A stretch of 64,000 bases of DNA, from assembly GCA_966096785.1 (NCBI GenBank), contig CBHTVU010000001.1, positions 8,850-72,849 on the forward strand, given 5' to 3'. The notes under the pieces are model-generated. The model was not told the DNA's origin. It worked only from the letters and a program-made list of their open reading frames with translations, and did not search any database. The DNA comes from an uncultured Gammaproteobacteria bacterium (lineage in GTDB: Bacteria > Pseudomonadota > Gammaproteobacteria > Pseudomonadales > Cellvibrionaceae). Position numbers and translations under genes: made by a program. Positions 39,562 to 47,214 of the stretch are shown here, in pieces. Numbering within the stretch: position 1 is the stretch's first letter; each line of letters opens with the position of its first letter.

Positions 39562-39717
39562 GTCTGATTGATTGTAACCTTTAAAAACATCTAGTGTTCT
39601 CTTTCGAGCGTTTTTGCGTAACTATCCATTGATGTGATTAAAAAATATTGTTGACATGTGCAATATCTTAACATTACTTAACTTTTCCTAACAATCGTTC
39701 ATATAAAATATTTTACT

Positions 39718-39906
39718 ATGGAAAGACTGTTCTGGATCGACATAAAATATGCTTGTTTTGGCATTATCAGCCGGGATGGACTAATTGTTGATGCGCCTCC
39801 GATAGCCCGCTGGATGGTCTATAAACGCCTTACTGATGTAAAGCCTTATTTGCTGGGCAAACAAGCCAAGGTGGTTGAGGTTAAATGTGACGTGGGTAAA
39901 GCTTAG
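39718..39906 (+). CDS. hypothetical small protein
   Basis: 62 aa (MERLFWIDIKYACFGIISRDGLIVDAPPIARWMVYKRL...). Protein-like composition; first gene after the non-coding hub. Confidence 0.5.
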   Translation: MERLFWIDIKYACFGIISRDGLIVDAPPIARWMVYKRLTDVKPYLLGKQAKVVEVKCDVGKA

Positions 39907-40112
39907 CCATTCTACCAACCACCGGCAACGCAACATTGTCAGCAACTTTAAATCCGTCCCATGCTTTCGAATTGCTTTTTGTGCTACCTCTTTTAAGTGT
40001 TTTACGATATTTGTTACATCCTGATCCATAGTTATATAATTACAAATTTACTATATGAAAACAGTGAAATAATTTTGTTCAAAATAATAAAATTAATTTC
40101 TAACTTGGCTGC

Positions 40113-40634
40113 ATGTTCGATGGTTATTTTGTTACTTGCGACGTTGCGATTGCCTTACGAAACGTAGGATTTGACGAGCCATGTATGGCAGTGCATGAGC
40201 ATTATACCCATAATAGCATGCAGTATACAAAACTGATTATTGGCTATAGCAACCAACCAACCACGCCTGAGATTTACAATTCCACTATCCAAAAACTATT
40301 AGAAGAGAAACCCGACTTATTCAAAGAACAACGCAGAAATTCACTGTTGCCTGTATGGCAGTATGCGGCGCCGTTATATGATCAGGTATTTGATTGGCTA
40401 ATGATTAAGGGTTACTACTTACATGACTATCCCATACCTAAATTAGAACAAGCGCCTGTACGATGGGGTGTGAATTTATATGATGATAAAGGGGGTTTGG
40501 TTTGGCCTAAATTAACCTTGAATGATCAGGCTTATTTATATGAAGAAAAACGGGAGGCGTGGCGCTATGGGCTGCTTGCAGCATTAAAATTTCTTGAACA
40601 TAATAAAGAAAACGTAAAGCATGGCAAGATCTAA
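40113..40634 (+). CDS. hypothetical protein
   Basis: 173-aa ORF. Confidence 0.5.
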   Translation: MFDGYFVTCDVAIALRNVGFDEPCMAVHEHYTHNSMQYTKLIIGYSNQPTTPEIYNSTIQKLLEEKPDLFKEQRRNSLLPVWQYAAPLYDQVFDWLMIKGYYLHDYPIPKLEQAPVRWGVNLYDDKGGLVWPKLTLNDQAYLYEEKREAWRYGLLAALKFLEHNKENVKHGKI

Positions 40635-41010
40635 ATTTTCGCCAGTTGACTACAATCATATTGCTGATCGTGCGGCCTGCATGGAAATCATTGTGCTTAA
40701 TTATATAGCCAGCATAGAGGCAGTATGTGAGAATAAGAAGCTGAGCGATTATGCACGTGATGTAATGGGATCGCTGAGGTTATTACATGAGGCAGCACTG
40801 GCTAAAGGGAGCGAGAACGACAATACATTGCATGATCGTGCGGCCTGGTTATGTGATGTTGTAAGCGATCTGCTGGTAGAGCAACCAGAGATACAGAAAG
40901 ACAGGAAAGCCCACAGGTCAGCGCATAGTGCTATGTGTAGGTTATGGACGCTTTACCAGCACCTTGCAGAAAAGTGGTTTAATAAAAACCGGAGCCTGAG
41001 ACTAAAGTAA
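40621..41010 (+). CDS. hypothetical protein
   Basis: 129-aa helical ORF, 14-nt overlap with the upstream gene. Confidence 0.5.
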   Translation: MARSKFSPVDYNHIADRAACMEIIVLNYIASIEAVCENKKLSDYARDVMGSLRLLHEAALAKGSENDNTLHDRAAWLCDVVSDLLVEQPEIQKDRKAHRSAHSAMCRLWTLYQHLAEKWFNKNRSLRLK

Positions 41011-41022
41011 AACCTTAAAAGC

Positions 41023-41295
41023 ATGGCAGATCTATACGTTAGTGTTTCAGAAAAAGTAAATGATTTCATTAAAGAGCTTAATGGGCGCTACAAAGATCAC
41101 ATAAGCGACGGTATGTTGTATCATTTGCTTGTTGATAGAATTATAAGCTTGCAGCAGGAACGGCCAAAACAGTTATTAGTGAATACAGCATATGACGCTG
41201 GTTGTTATTTTTTTGAATCGGTTTTAGAATATAAGTGTGAAGCGGGTGGCAATGGCCATCATGTCGCACAGGATTTGGCAAAAAAGTTTGTATGA
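41023..41295 (+). CDS. hypothetical protein
   Basis: 90-aa ORF. Confidence 0.45.
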   Translation: MADLYVSVSEKVNDFIKELNGRYKDHISDGMLYHLLVDRIISLQQERPKQLLVNTAYDAGCYFFESVLEYKCEAGGNGHHVAQDLAKKFV

Positions 41296-41627
41296 TAAAT
41301 CATGATCTTATCTATGAAAATAACAAAGAGTGGTATTTGTACTTATGCTGGAACCCGCATCGGGGACTTTGCGGTATTATGCGTATGACATTTACAGTTG
41401 GGTTGTTTTATAACATTGAATATGGCGGCTTGTGGGGAGCACCTGAAGGTCGTTATTGTTACCATACTATGGCTGAAGCTGTTCAGGACCTTATTGAATG
41501 GGATGGTAAGGATGATCCGCCTGGTGATTGGATTAAACATAAAGGGCTACAGGAATATGAGCACCCTAACTCAGATAATACATTTGCTATAAAAAAGTCA
41601 CACTATGAACAAAGCAAAAACCCGTAA
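41292..41627 (+). CDS. hypothetical protein
   Basis: 111 aa, ATGA-coupled. Confidence 0.45.
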   Translation: MINHDLIYENNKEWYLYLCWNPHRGLCGIMRMTFTVGLFYNIEYGGLWGAPEGRYCYHTMAEAVQDLIEWDGKDDPPGDWIKHKGLQEYEHPNSDNTFAIKKSHYEQSKNP

Positions 41628-41663
41628 AACTACACTGCAATTCTGGTAACAAACCAGATTGCT

Positions 41664-42011
41664 ATGAGTAGAAGTTACAAAAAACCATGGGTTAAAGATT
41701 ATCAACCCTATCTTAAGAAAATTCACAGCCGCCGTTATCGCAGATTTATTAGGCAGGATGTAAAGCAGTGGCGCAATAGATACACTAAAGGCATCATTAG
41801 CTATTGCGGCTCCTATTGGGAATGGTCAGAAGACATGTTTAGTAAGTATTGGGATTGGGACGAGGAAATATTATTCTGGAGAAGTACATTATCATTACAA
41901 TATGAACCAGAATATAGCCCGCGCAACAAATGGATTAACATATGGAACGTCTGCGATTGGCGCATCTATTGGGTAGATATTGACCCGACCGTTAAATATC
42001 TACGCAAGTAA
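41664..42011 (+). CDS. basic, Trp-rich protein
   Basis: 115 aa. 11 Trp residues and an Arg/Lys-rich N-terminus (KKIHSRRYRRFIRQDVKQWRNRY). Confidence 0.45.
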   Translation: MSRSYKKPWVKDYQPYLKKIHSRRYRRFIRQDVKQWRNRYTKGIISYCGSYWEWSEDMFSKYWDWDEEILFWRSTLSLQYEPEYSPRNKWINIWNVCDWRIYWVDIDPTVKYLRK

Positions 42012-42109
42012 CCAACTTACGCTGTCGGGTGCTACAAGGGCTATCTGGCGATGGAACTCTTCTTAGCAACCGGGTGTTAACCGGGCTTGGCAGCGTTTTT
42101 AACTTAATC

Positions 42110-42165
42110 ACACCGCCAGTAAAACCTCATTTTCTCGCTCCTTTAGAGGCCTGGCGGTGTTTTAT
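42110..42165 (+). terminator. long hairpin terminator candidate
   Basis: 10-bp arms ACACCGCCAG / CTGGCGGTGT enclose a 31-nt loop with an inner CCTC/GAGG stem, followed by TTTTA. Confidence 0.4.
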
Positions 42166-42318
42166 CCCGACCCAAACTAACATAAGCTTGCGAGGCTTAT
42201 TATCTCAAACATAGAACACAACAGCGCTACGGTTGAAGCTGCAAAAGAATACTTAATTAGTGAGGGCTATGATCCAGATGCCATCGTTAAGAAGGGACTT
42301 GAAAAGATAAAATCATTT

Positions 42319-42696
42319 ATGGATAAACAAAGCGCATATCTACACGAATTAACCAGTTTAACTGTTAAGCTTATGCAGTCAGCGGAATTAAAAGGCTTTA
42401 GGGCAAGTGAAAACGTCAAAAGCATTATGCTGGCTGACTGGATGCCGGTTGCAGAAATATTTGCCAATACAGTGTGCGTTGCGCTGCAATGGTGGTTGAG
42501 AACTAAACATAAAATTGACGTATGGGTAGAGCCTGTTGTCCCAGAGCGTTATAAAGGGTTTGTTAGATATTTTGGGATTCATAAAGCACCAAATGAATAT
42601 GATTCAGATATTAGCCGTAACTATGAAATGCAGTTTATAGGCGCATTAGATTTCGCAATTAAATCGTTACCACCAGCAGCTCAGGAGCAAAGCTAA
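42319..42696 (+). CDS. hypothetical protein
   Basis: 125-aa ORF. The frame is open from 42181, but 42319 is the first ATG. Confidence 0.45.
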   Translation: MDKQSAYLHELTSLTVKLMQSAELKGFRASENVKSIMLADWMPVAEIFANTVCVALQWWLRTKHKIDVWVEPVVPERYKGFVRYFGIHKAPNEYDSDISRNYEMQFIGALDFAIKSLPPAAQEQS

Positions 42697-42766
42697 AACC
42701 GACTTCGCACAGATTGCCTGAGCAACTGGGGTAGGCAACCAGGCTGGTGGTATAAATTAACTATTT

Positions 42767-43054
42767 ATGAGTGAGTTGCATGTATTTGATAAAATGACGT
42801 GCCCGAAATGTGGCTATGAGCATATAATGGCAACTAAATTAACCAATATATCACCTAATATGCAGAGTGGTGATTTTGGGATTTGTGGTAAGTGTAAATG
42901 TTTTCTGCGGGTTATTATAATAAATAAACAAGCTAAATTCAGGATACCACTGGAAATAGAGCTTATTATGATAGCGCTCAAACAACCGGCATCCTTTATG
43001 CGACTGCTGAGGCTTGCAACACCAAAAACACCAGAAAATGATACTAACACCTGA
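42767..43054 (+). CDS. zinc-ribbon protein
   Basis: 95 aa with CPKCGYEH...CGKCKCF. Confidence 0.45.
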   Translation: MSELHVFDKMTCPKCGYEHIMATKLTNISPNMQSGDFGICGKCKCFLRVIIINKQAKFRIPLEIELIMIALKQPASFMRLLRLATPKTPENDTNT

Positions 43055-43613
43055 AGAACACGCATTGATATTTAACTATTACCCTTTTGCTGAAATAACA
43101 AAGGACAATAAGCGGACGCTGAAGGTTATTAAATATATAACCGACTTTGAGGTTTATATGCTTTGTTACAGAGCATGGTCGGAGCCATTTACAAAAGGCT
43201 TATGGCTTATTGAACGTGAGAACGAAATTATTTATGTTCGAAAGCGTAATAATGAGGTTGCATATCATATAAATACGGCTACCGGGAACGTATATGTGTA
43301 TTATAATGGCAGGCTTACACCAGAGGCCAATAATTTGAATGTAATGCAGTTCTACATAAAGTATAGTTATGCATTTCCTGTATTCATTGAAAAAGGGCAC
43401 TGGGCCAATGGTAAGACGCCCTTTGCGCTAGGTGTTGCTATTCCTGATAAGCAGCACTTAAAAGACGCTTTAAATATTATATACGATAAGGATCAATCGC
43501 AAATTGATCAATGGTTCTTTGACAAACGGCTATACAACATTGACCTTACTGACATTAATGTATTCGAAAAAGAATTGACCCAGATCAATAAATCAATTAT
43601 GGGTAACCGTTAG
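43038..43613 (+). CDS. hypothetical protein
   Basis: The track ORF starts at TTG 43014; the ATG at 43038 (MILTPEEHALIF...) is preferred. Confidence 0.45.
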   Translation: MILTPEEHALIFNYYPFAEITKDNKRTLKVIKYITDFEVYMLCYRAWSEPFTKGLWLIERENEIIYVRKRNNEVAYHINTATGNVYVYYNGRLTPEANNLNVMQFYIKYSYAFPVFIEKGHWANGKTPFALGVAIPDKQHLKDALNIIYDKDQSQIDQWFFDKRLYNIDLTDINVFEKELTQINKSIMGNR

Positions 43614-43701
43614 TTTGTTATGTCAATATTAATACATAACTTTACCTTATGCAAGCAAATTAATTTAGATCACTTTATCGTACAAGCAGTTTGCCTTACG
43701 C

Positions 43702-43726
43702 GGTTCTGATTGTCTAATCAGGAACC
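43702..43726 (+). other. hairpin with GTCT loop upstream of the tRNA
   Basis: GGTTCTGATT-GTCT-AATCAGGAACC (one bulged C). Confidence 0.5.
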
Positions 43727-43743
43727 TTGGCAAGGCCCAATAT

Positions 43744-43815
43744 CGCGCGGTAGAGCAGGGGCAGCTCGGTAGGCTCATAACCTATAGGTCGGTGGTTCGA
43801 ATCCATCCCGCGCAA
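43744..43815 (+). tRNA. tRNA-Met (anticodon CAT) with initiator (fMet) hallmarks
   Basis: Hand-folded cloverleaf: acceptor CGCGCGG/CCGCGCA with a C1-A72 mismatch; D-stem GAGC/GCTC (A11:U24); anticodon loop CTCATAA; T-arm GGTGG-TTCGAAT-CCATC. Closely parallels E. coli tRNA-fMet. No encoded CCA. Confidence 0.85.
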
Positions 43816-43885
43816 CAGTCTTTTTAGCGATGAAAGCAGAAGAGGTTAAAGTAACATTTGTTTAATTCGTATTAATTCTGCTAAT

Positions 43886-43907
43886 ACCTGGGTTGTCTAA
43901 CCCAGGT
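43886..43907 (+). other. hairpin with GTCT loop downstream of the tRNA
   Basis: Perfect ACCTGGGTT-GTCT-AACCCAGGT. Confidence 0.5.
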
Positions 43908-44011
43908 CCCTTATACAACAACAACCATTGGGGGGACCGTCTATAGCAACTCTGAATTCCATTGTACGACCATTTAACCATGGTCCTCCTGATGGTTTAA
44001 ATATATGTGGC

Positions 44012-44080
44012 AATAATCGGGAGCGTATGTTTAGGTGTCATTAAGCAATCATTTGGTTTTCACAAGCGCTCCCGATTATT
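44012..44080. repeat. 14-bp perfect inverted repeat with 41-nt spacer
   Basis: AATAATCGGGAGCG (44012-44025) and CGCTCCCGATTATT (44067-44080), directly 3' of the minus-strand ORF 44089..44316. Confidence 0.6.
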
Positions 44081-44088
44081 GGAACTAA

Positions 44089-44316
44089 TTAGGGATAATT
44101 TTCGCCGTTATATACAAGGTCAACATATATTGTTGTTTCTGTTTTTGGTACTATATATAAGCTATTGCCATCCCTGTCCCATGCCCGCGCAAAGCGTACA
44201 TATACTTCTTTGACAGGATTGCCGTTTACCTCACGAACTTTAAACCACTTGTTGAGCTGGGTTTCTTTATTGCTTGTTAATTCAACTAACATAATAGTAA
44301 ATATATCTTCGCACAT
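44089..44316 (-). CDS. hypothetical protein (isolated minus-strand gene)
   Basis: 75 aa with protein-like composition (KWFKVREVNGNPVKEVYVRFARAWDRDGNSLYIV). The competing plus-strand ORFs look like junk. Divergent from the HTH gene at 44411. Confidence 0.45.
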   Translation of the reverse strand: MCEDIFTIMLVELTSNKETQLNKWFKVREVNGNPVKEVYVRFARAWDRDGNSLYIVPKTETTIYVDLVYNGENYP

Positions 44317-44410
44317 TTATAAACTTATTATATTTGGATTGAGTTTTTAGGAACATGGCCCAGGCCGTTACTAACGGCTTGGTATTTTTAACCTTAAACG
44401 TTAACCGCGT

Positions 44411-44830
44411 ATGGCACAGCCCAAAAGGCGTAACAAGACCCAACCATTAATTATTGCTGAAGATTTACACAAGGAGCATACTACAGCCGCGATAGTCTAT
44501 AAGAGAAACCCGCAGGAAATTGTATATACAGAGGCCGCTGTAATAAAAATTCTTACTAAATATGGGCACCCCGAACCTGACTTTGCCGGCTATGCTAAAA
44601 TTGCTAAAAACACAAGCGAGGGCTACTTTAACAGGAAGAAAGAGTTAAATAGCCTGGCCGCGCTTATTAAGAAGGAGATGGATAAAAAAGGCATTGATAA
44701 CACCGAGCTGGCACGGCTAATGAATCTATCAAAATCTGAGATTACAAGGTTGTTAAGTGGCGCTAACATGACGGTAGCCACTGTTCTGCGTATAGAGCGG
44801 GTTCTTGATATCAAATTATTAAATCATTAA
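44411..44830 (+). CDS. XRE-family HTH protein
   Basis: 139 aa with a C-terminal HTH (KKGIDNTELARLMNLSKSEITRLLSGANMTVATVLRIERVL). Confidence 0.6.
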   Translation: MAQPKRRNKTQPLIIAEDLHKEHTTAAIVYKRNPQEIVYTEAAVIKILTKYGHPEPDFAGYAKIAKNTSEGYFNRKKELNSLAALIKKEMDKKGIDNTELARLMNLSKSEITRLLSGANMTVATVLRIERVLDIKLLNH

Positions 44831-44906
44831 TGTGTTATTTGAAAAAATTGTGTGTAAATTTCTGCACTTTTCCTAATACAGCGTAAAACAAACAAAACCC
44901 ATAATA

Positions 44907-45452
44907 ATGATTCAACACAAGTTAACACCTGATAGCGCAGAGAGATTGCGGGCGCTATTGGAAACTGATATTGCACAGTACACAGAAAAGATCAATGAAT
45001 TTCAACAAAAGAAACTTGATTTGCTTAATGAGCTTGCGAATCTGACAAACTCTATGATAAGCGCGGGTTTTACACCAATAAACCTAAGCCAGCCAGCATT
45101 GCCGTCGCCAACGCAACCTGAACAGCCATTAACACCAACAGAGCCGACAATTGATATACCCAAGCTGGGGAGATACCGTAAAGGCGATGACTGGAGCTTA
45201 AGGGACAAAGCGATTTACATTTTACTAAAAGAGTCAATAGCGCGAAAAGAGAATGCGGCGCTACTATCCACAGATATTACAGATAGGATTGTAGAGATTG
45301 AACCCGATTATTCAAAAATCAAAAACATATCAACAATTATTGGCCAAAATAGCCCTAAGTTATTTACAAGGCTTGAATCAGATGGCAGAAGGCTATTAGT
45401 AAAATTGACAAACCCCAGAAAAGCCTACGAGTTAATATTTGATGAAGAATAA
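44907..45452 (+). CDS. hypothetical protein
   Basis: 181 aa. N-terminal coiled coil, Pro-rich linker. Confidence 0.5.
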   Translation: MIQHKLTPDSAERLRALLETDIAQYTEKINEFQQKKLDLLNELANLTNSMISAGFTPINLSQPALPSPTQPEQPLTPTEPTIDIPKLGRYRKGDDWSLRDKAIYILLKESIARKENAALLSTDITDRIVEIEPDYSKIKNISTIIGQNSPKLFTRLESDGRRLLVKLTNPRKAYELIFDEE

Positions 45453-45457
45453 CTAAT

Positions 45458-45475
45458 GGGAGGGGTACCCCTCCC
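45458..45475 (+). other. 18-nt perfect palindrome between genes
   Basis: GGGAGGGGTACCCCTCCC, 9 nt before the next ATG. No U-tract. Confidence 0.4.
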
Positions 45476-45484
45476 TCAAACTAT

Positions 45485-45691
45485 ATGCGTATTAAGCTTG
45501 CAAAGATCGTGTCCGAAGAGCAGTATTTGCAGTATGTACAGCGGCGGGCAAGCCTGGCAAACCGCCATAAATACGAAATACGCGCTCATTCTAAAGAGAT
45601 CAACGAACTGAACTTACGTATAATTGAATGGATAAACCGTCATGATAAAGTTAATCCGGTTCAGGTCGATGAATTGCATAAATCTCATTGA
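45485..45691 (+). CDS. hypothetical protein
   Basis: 68-aa helical ORF. Confidence 0.45.
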   Translation: MRIKLAKIVSEEQYLQYVQRRASLANRHKYEIRAHSKEINELNLRIIEWINRHDKVNPVQVDELHKSH

Positions 45692-45693
45692 TA

Positions 45694-45921
45694 ATGAACT
45701 CAAAACCGCAAGTAATGACAGTAGACCAATTTTTTGAGAAACACCCCTATATTACAGCTGCTGGCTTATCCAAAAAATCTGGCGTATCTTACCAAGCGAT
45801 TCGGCTTGAAATAGCCGGGAAATACTCTGATCCTAAGCGCATAGAGTATCTTGAAAAGGCAATACATCAGATGGGTAAAGAATTACAGGCCGTAAAGCTT
45901 AACCAACCGGCGAATACTTAA
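45694..45921 (+). CDS. small HTH-like protein
   Basis: ATG at 45694 (the track start at 45688 is TTG). ITAAGLSKKSGVSYQAIRLEIAG looks like a helix-turn-helix. Confidence 0.4.
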   Translation: MNSKPQVMTVDQFFEKHPYITAAGLSKKSGVSYQAIRLEIAGKYSDPKRIEYLEKAIHQMGKELQAVKLNQPANT

Positions 45922-45940
45922 TCATTAATAAATTAACATT

Positions 45941-46261
45941 ATGAAACCACTATTGTTATCCTTAACGCTACTGCTGTCGTGTAAATGCCTAACCGCCCAA
46001 ATCAAGTTACAAAAAGAGGAAGGCAAACCTATTATGATCTTACACAACGCGCCAGCCTATAAAATCATAGATACTGCCGCGAAGTATTTTAATTATCAGG
46101 TAGTTTATCGGTTTAATAAAGAACGTATCAATGATCCTTGGGCCGGAACAATGCCTTTGCAAAGTGTTGATAAGGTAATGACTGGTATTGCATATGCCCA
46201 GGATGGTTTATGTTACACTATAAAAAACAATAAACTAATTGTTGAATTGGTGGAAAATTGA
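45941..46261 (+). CDS. secreted protein resembling the C-terminal (STN/DUF4974-like) domain of FecR-type anti-sigma factors
   Basis: 106 aa. Signal peptide MKPLLLSLTLLLSCKCLTAQ. LHNAPAYKIIDTAAKYFNYQVVYRF...WAGTMPLQSVDKVMTGIAYAQDGLCYTIKNNKLIV follows the pattern I recall for Bacteroidota FecR C-termini (F.n.pL..vL..l...Y.v.i.f....ftg.f......vl..i......l.y.i.g..i.i). Confidence 0.4.
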   Translation: MKPLLLSLTLLLSCKCLTAQIKLQKEEGKPIMILHNAPAYKIIDTAAKYFNYQVVYRFNKERINDPWAGTMPLQSVDKVMTGIAYAQDGLCYTIKNNKLIVELVEN

Positions 46262-46266
46262 CAGTA

Positions 46267-47214
46267 ATGAAGCTCAACAAAAACTACAAAACCGCTCTAA
46301 TCTTAGTTCTTAAGTCAAAACAGTTTTTAGCATTAATAAAGGCTGCAAAATTATTTAAGTTCGCGAAGCCGTTTATTGCAATGATTTCTGTTGCTATTTC
46401 ACTGTTTGCTTATTCTTTAACATACAGCATTTCCCTAGCAATTGCCTTTATTATTTCTATGTTCGTTCATGAGCTTGGTCATGTGTATGCGATAAACAGA
46501 CTAGGGCTTAAAGCGGGCAGAATGATATTTATACCCTTTTTCGGAGCAATGGTCGGCGCGCCACCAGGCATGGACCGACGCCAAGAGGCCTATGTGGGTA
46601 TCGGTGGCCCATGGGCTGGAACTTTGTTAGCGCTACTGTTCATCGGATGTTATTTGGCCAGCCATAATACATGGTTCTTGCACACAGCTTATTTAGGGCT
46701 TCTTATTAACTTATTCAATATGATCCCTATAACCCCAATGGATGGTGGCCGCATTACACAAGCAATAGGTGGTTATTTCAATGTAATTGGGCTGGGATTG
46801 CTTGTGTTGCTTACCATTGCCTTAGGTAGCCCGTTGCTTTTACTGTTGTGGATTATAGCATTTTTGGATTTACAATGGCTTAATAAAACAACAAAGTTAA
46901 TCGCTGCGCTATTAACTGAAATTGTTTTGATTGTTATGTTATTTACTAAAACCGGCATAAACACTAAAATAGAATTTCGGGGCGTGGTCGTTGACATTAT
47001 CATTGGCGCGATTCTGATCACAGCATTTTATGTAAGCAATTTTTTATTGGATAAAGAAGATCAGGAGATAATTAACGAGCGCCACCAAAGACCAGCATTA
47101 GACCCCAAGGCAAAGATAAAATGGTTCATGGTTTGGTTACTAACGACACTATTTCTTTTGGGCGCAATTGGATGGCTGGTAGCATCAACAAACTTATCAC
47201 TGCATGTCAAATAA
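46267..47214 (+). CDS. site-2 protease family (peptidase M50) membrane metalloprotease
   Basis: ATG at 46267. Polytopic. HExxH in a TM helix (FVHELGHVYA, 46468-46482), then IPFFGA and NLFNMIPITPMDGGR (the NxxPxxxxDG motif). Confidence 0.8.
   Translation: MKLNKNYKTALILVLKSKQFLALIKAAKLFKFAKPFIAMISVAISLFAYSLTYSISLAIAFIISMFVHELGHVYAINRLGLKAGRMIFIPFFGAMVGAPPGMDRRQEAYVGIGGPWAGTLLALLFIGCYLASHNTWFLHTAYLGLLINLFNMIPITPMDGGRITQAIGGYFNVIGLGLLVLLTIALGSPLLLLLWIIAFLDLQWLNKTTKLIAALLTEIVLIVMLFTKTGINTKIEFRGVVVDIIIGAILITAFYVSNFLLDKEDQEIINERHQRPALDPKAKIKWFMVWLLTTLFLLGAIGWLVASTNLSLHVK

Noticed and set aside
39781-40029. 82-aa minus-strand ORF overlapping 39718..39906
   Set aside because: It overlaps the more protein-like plus-strand ORF by 126 nt. 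I cannot exclude a shorter leftward gene or transcript, since minus-strand terminators lie downstream, but the ORF as drawn is not convincing.
42029-42214. 61-aa ORF in the 42.0-42.3 kb gap
   Set aside because: It is translated across the long terminator-like hairpin (42110-42165) and has an implausible composition.
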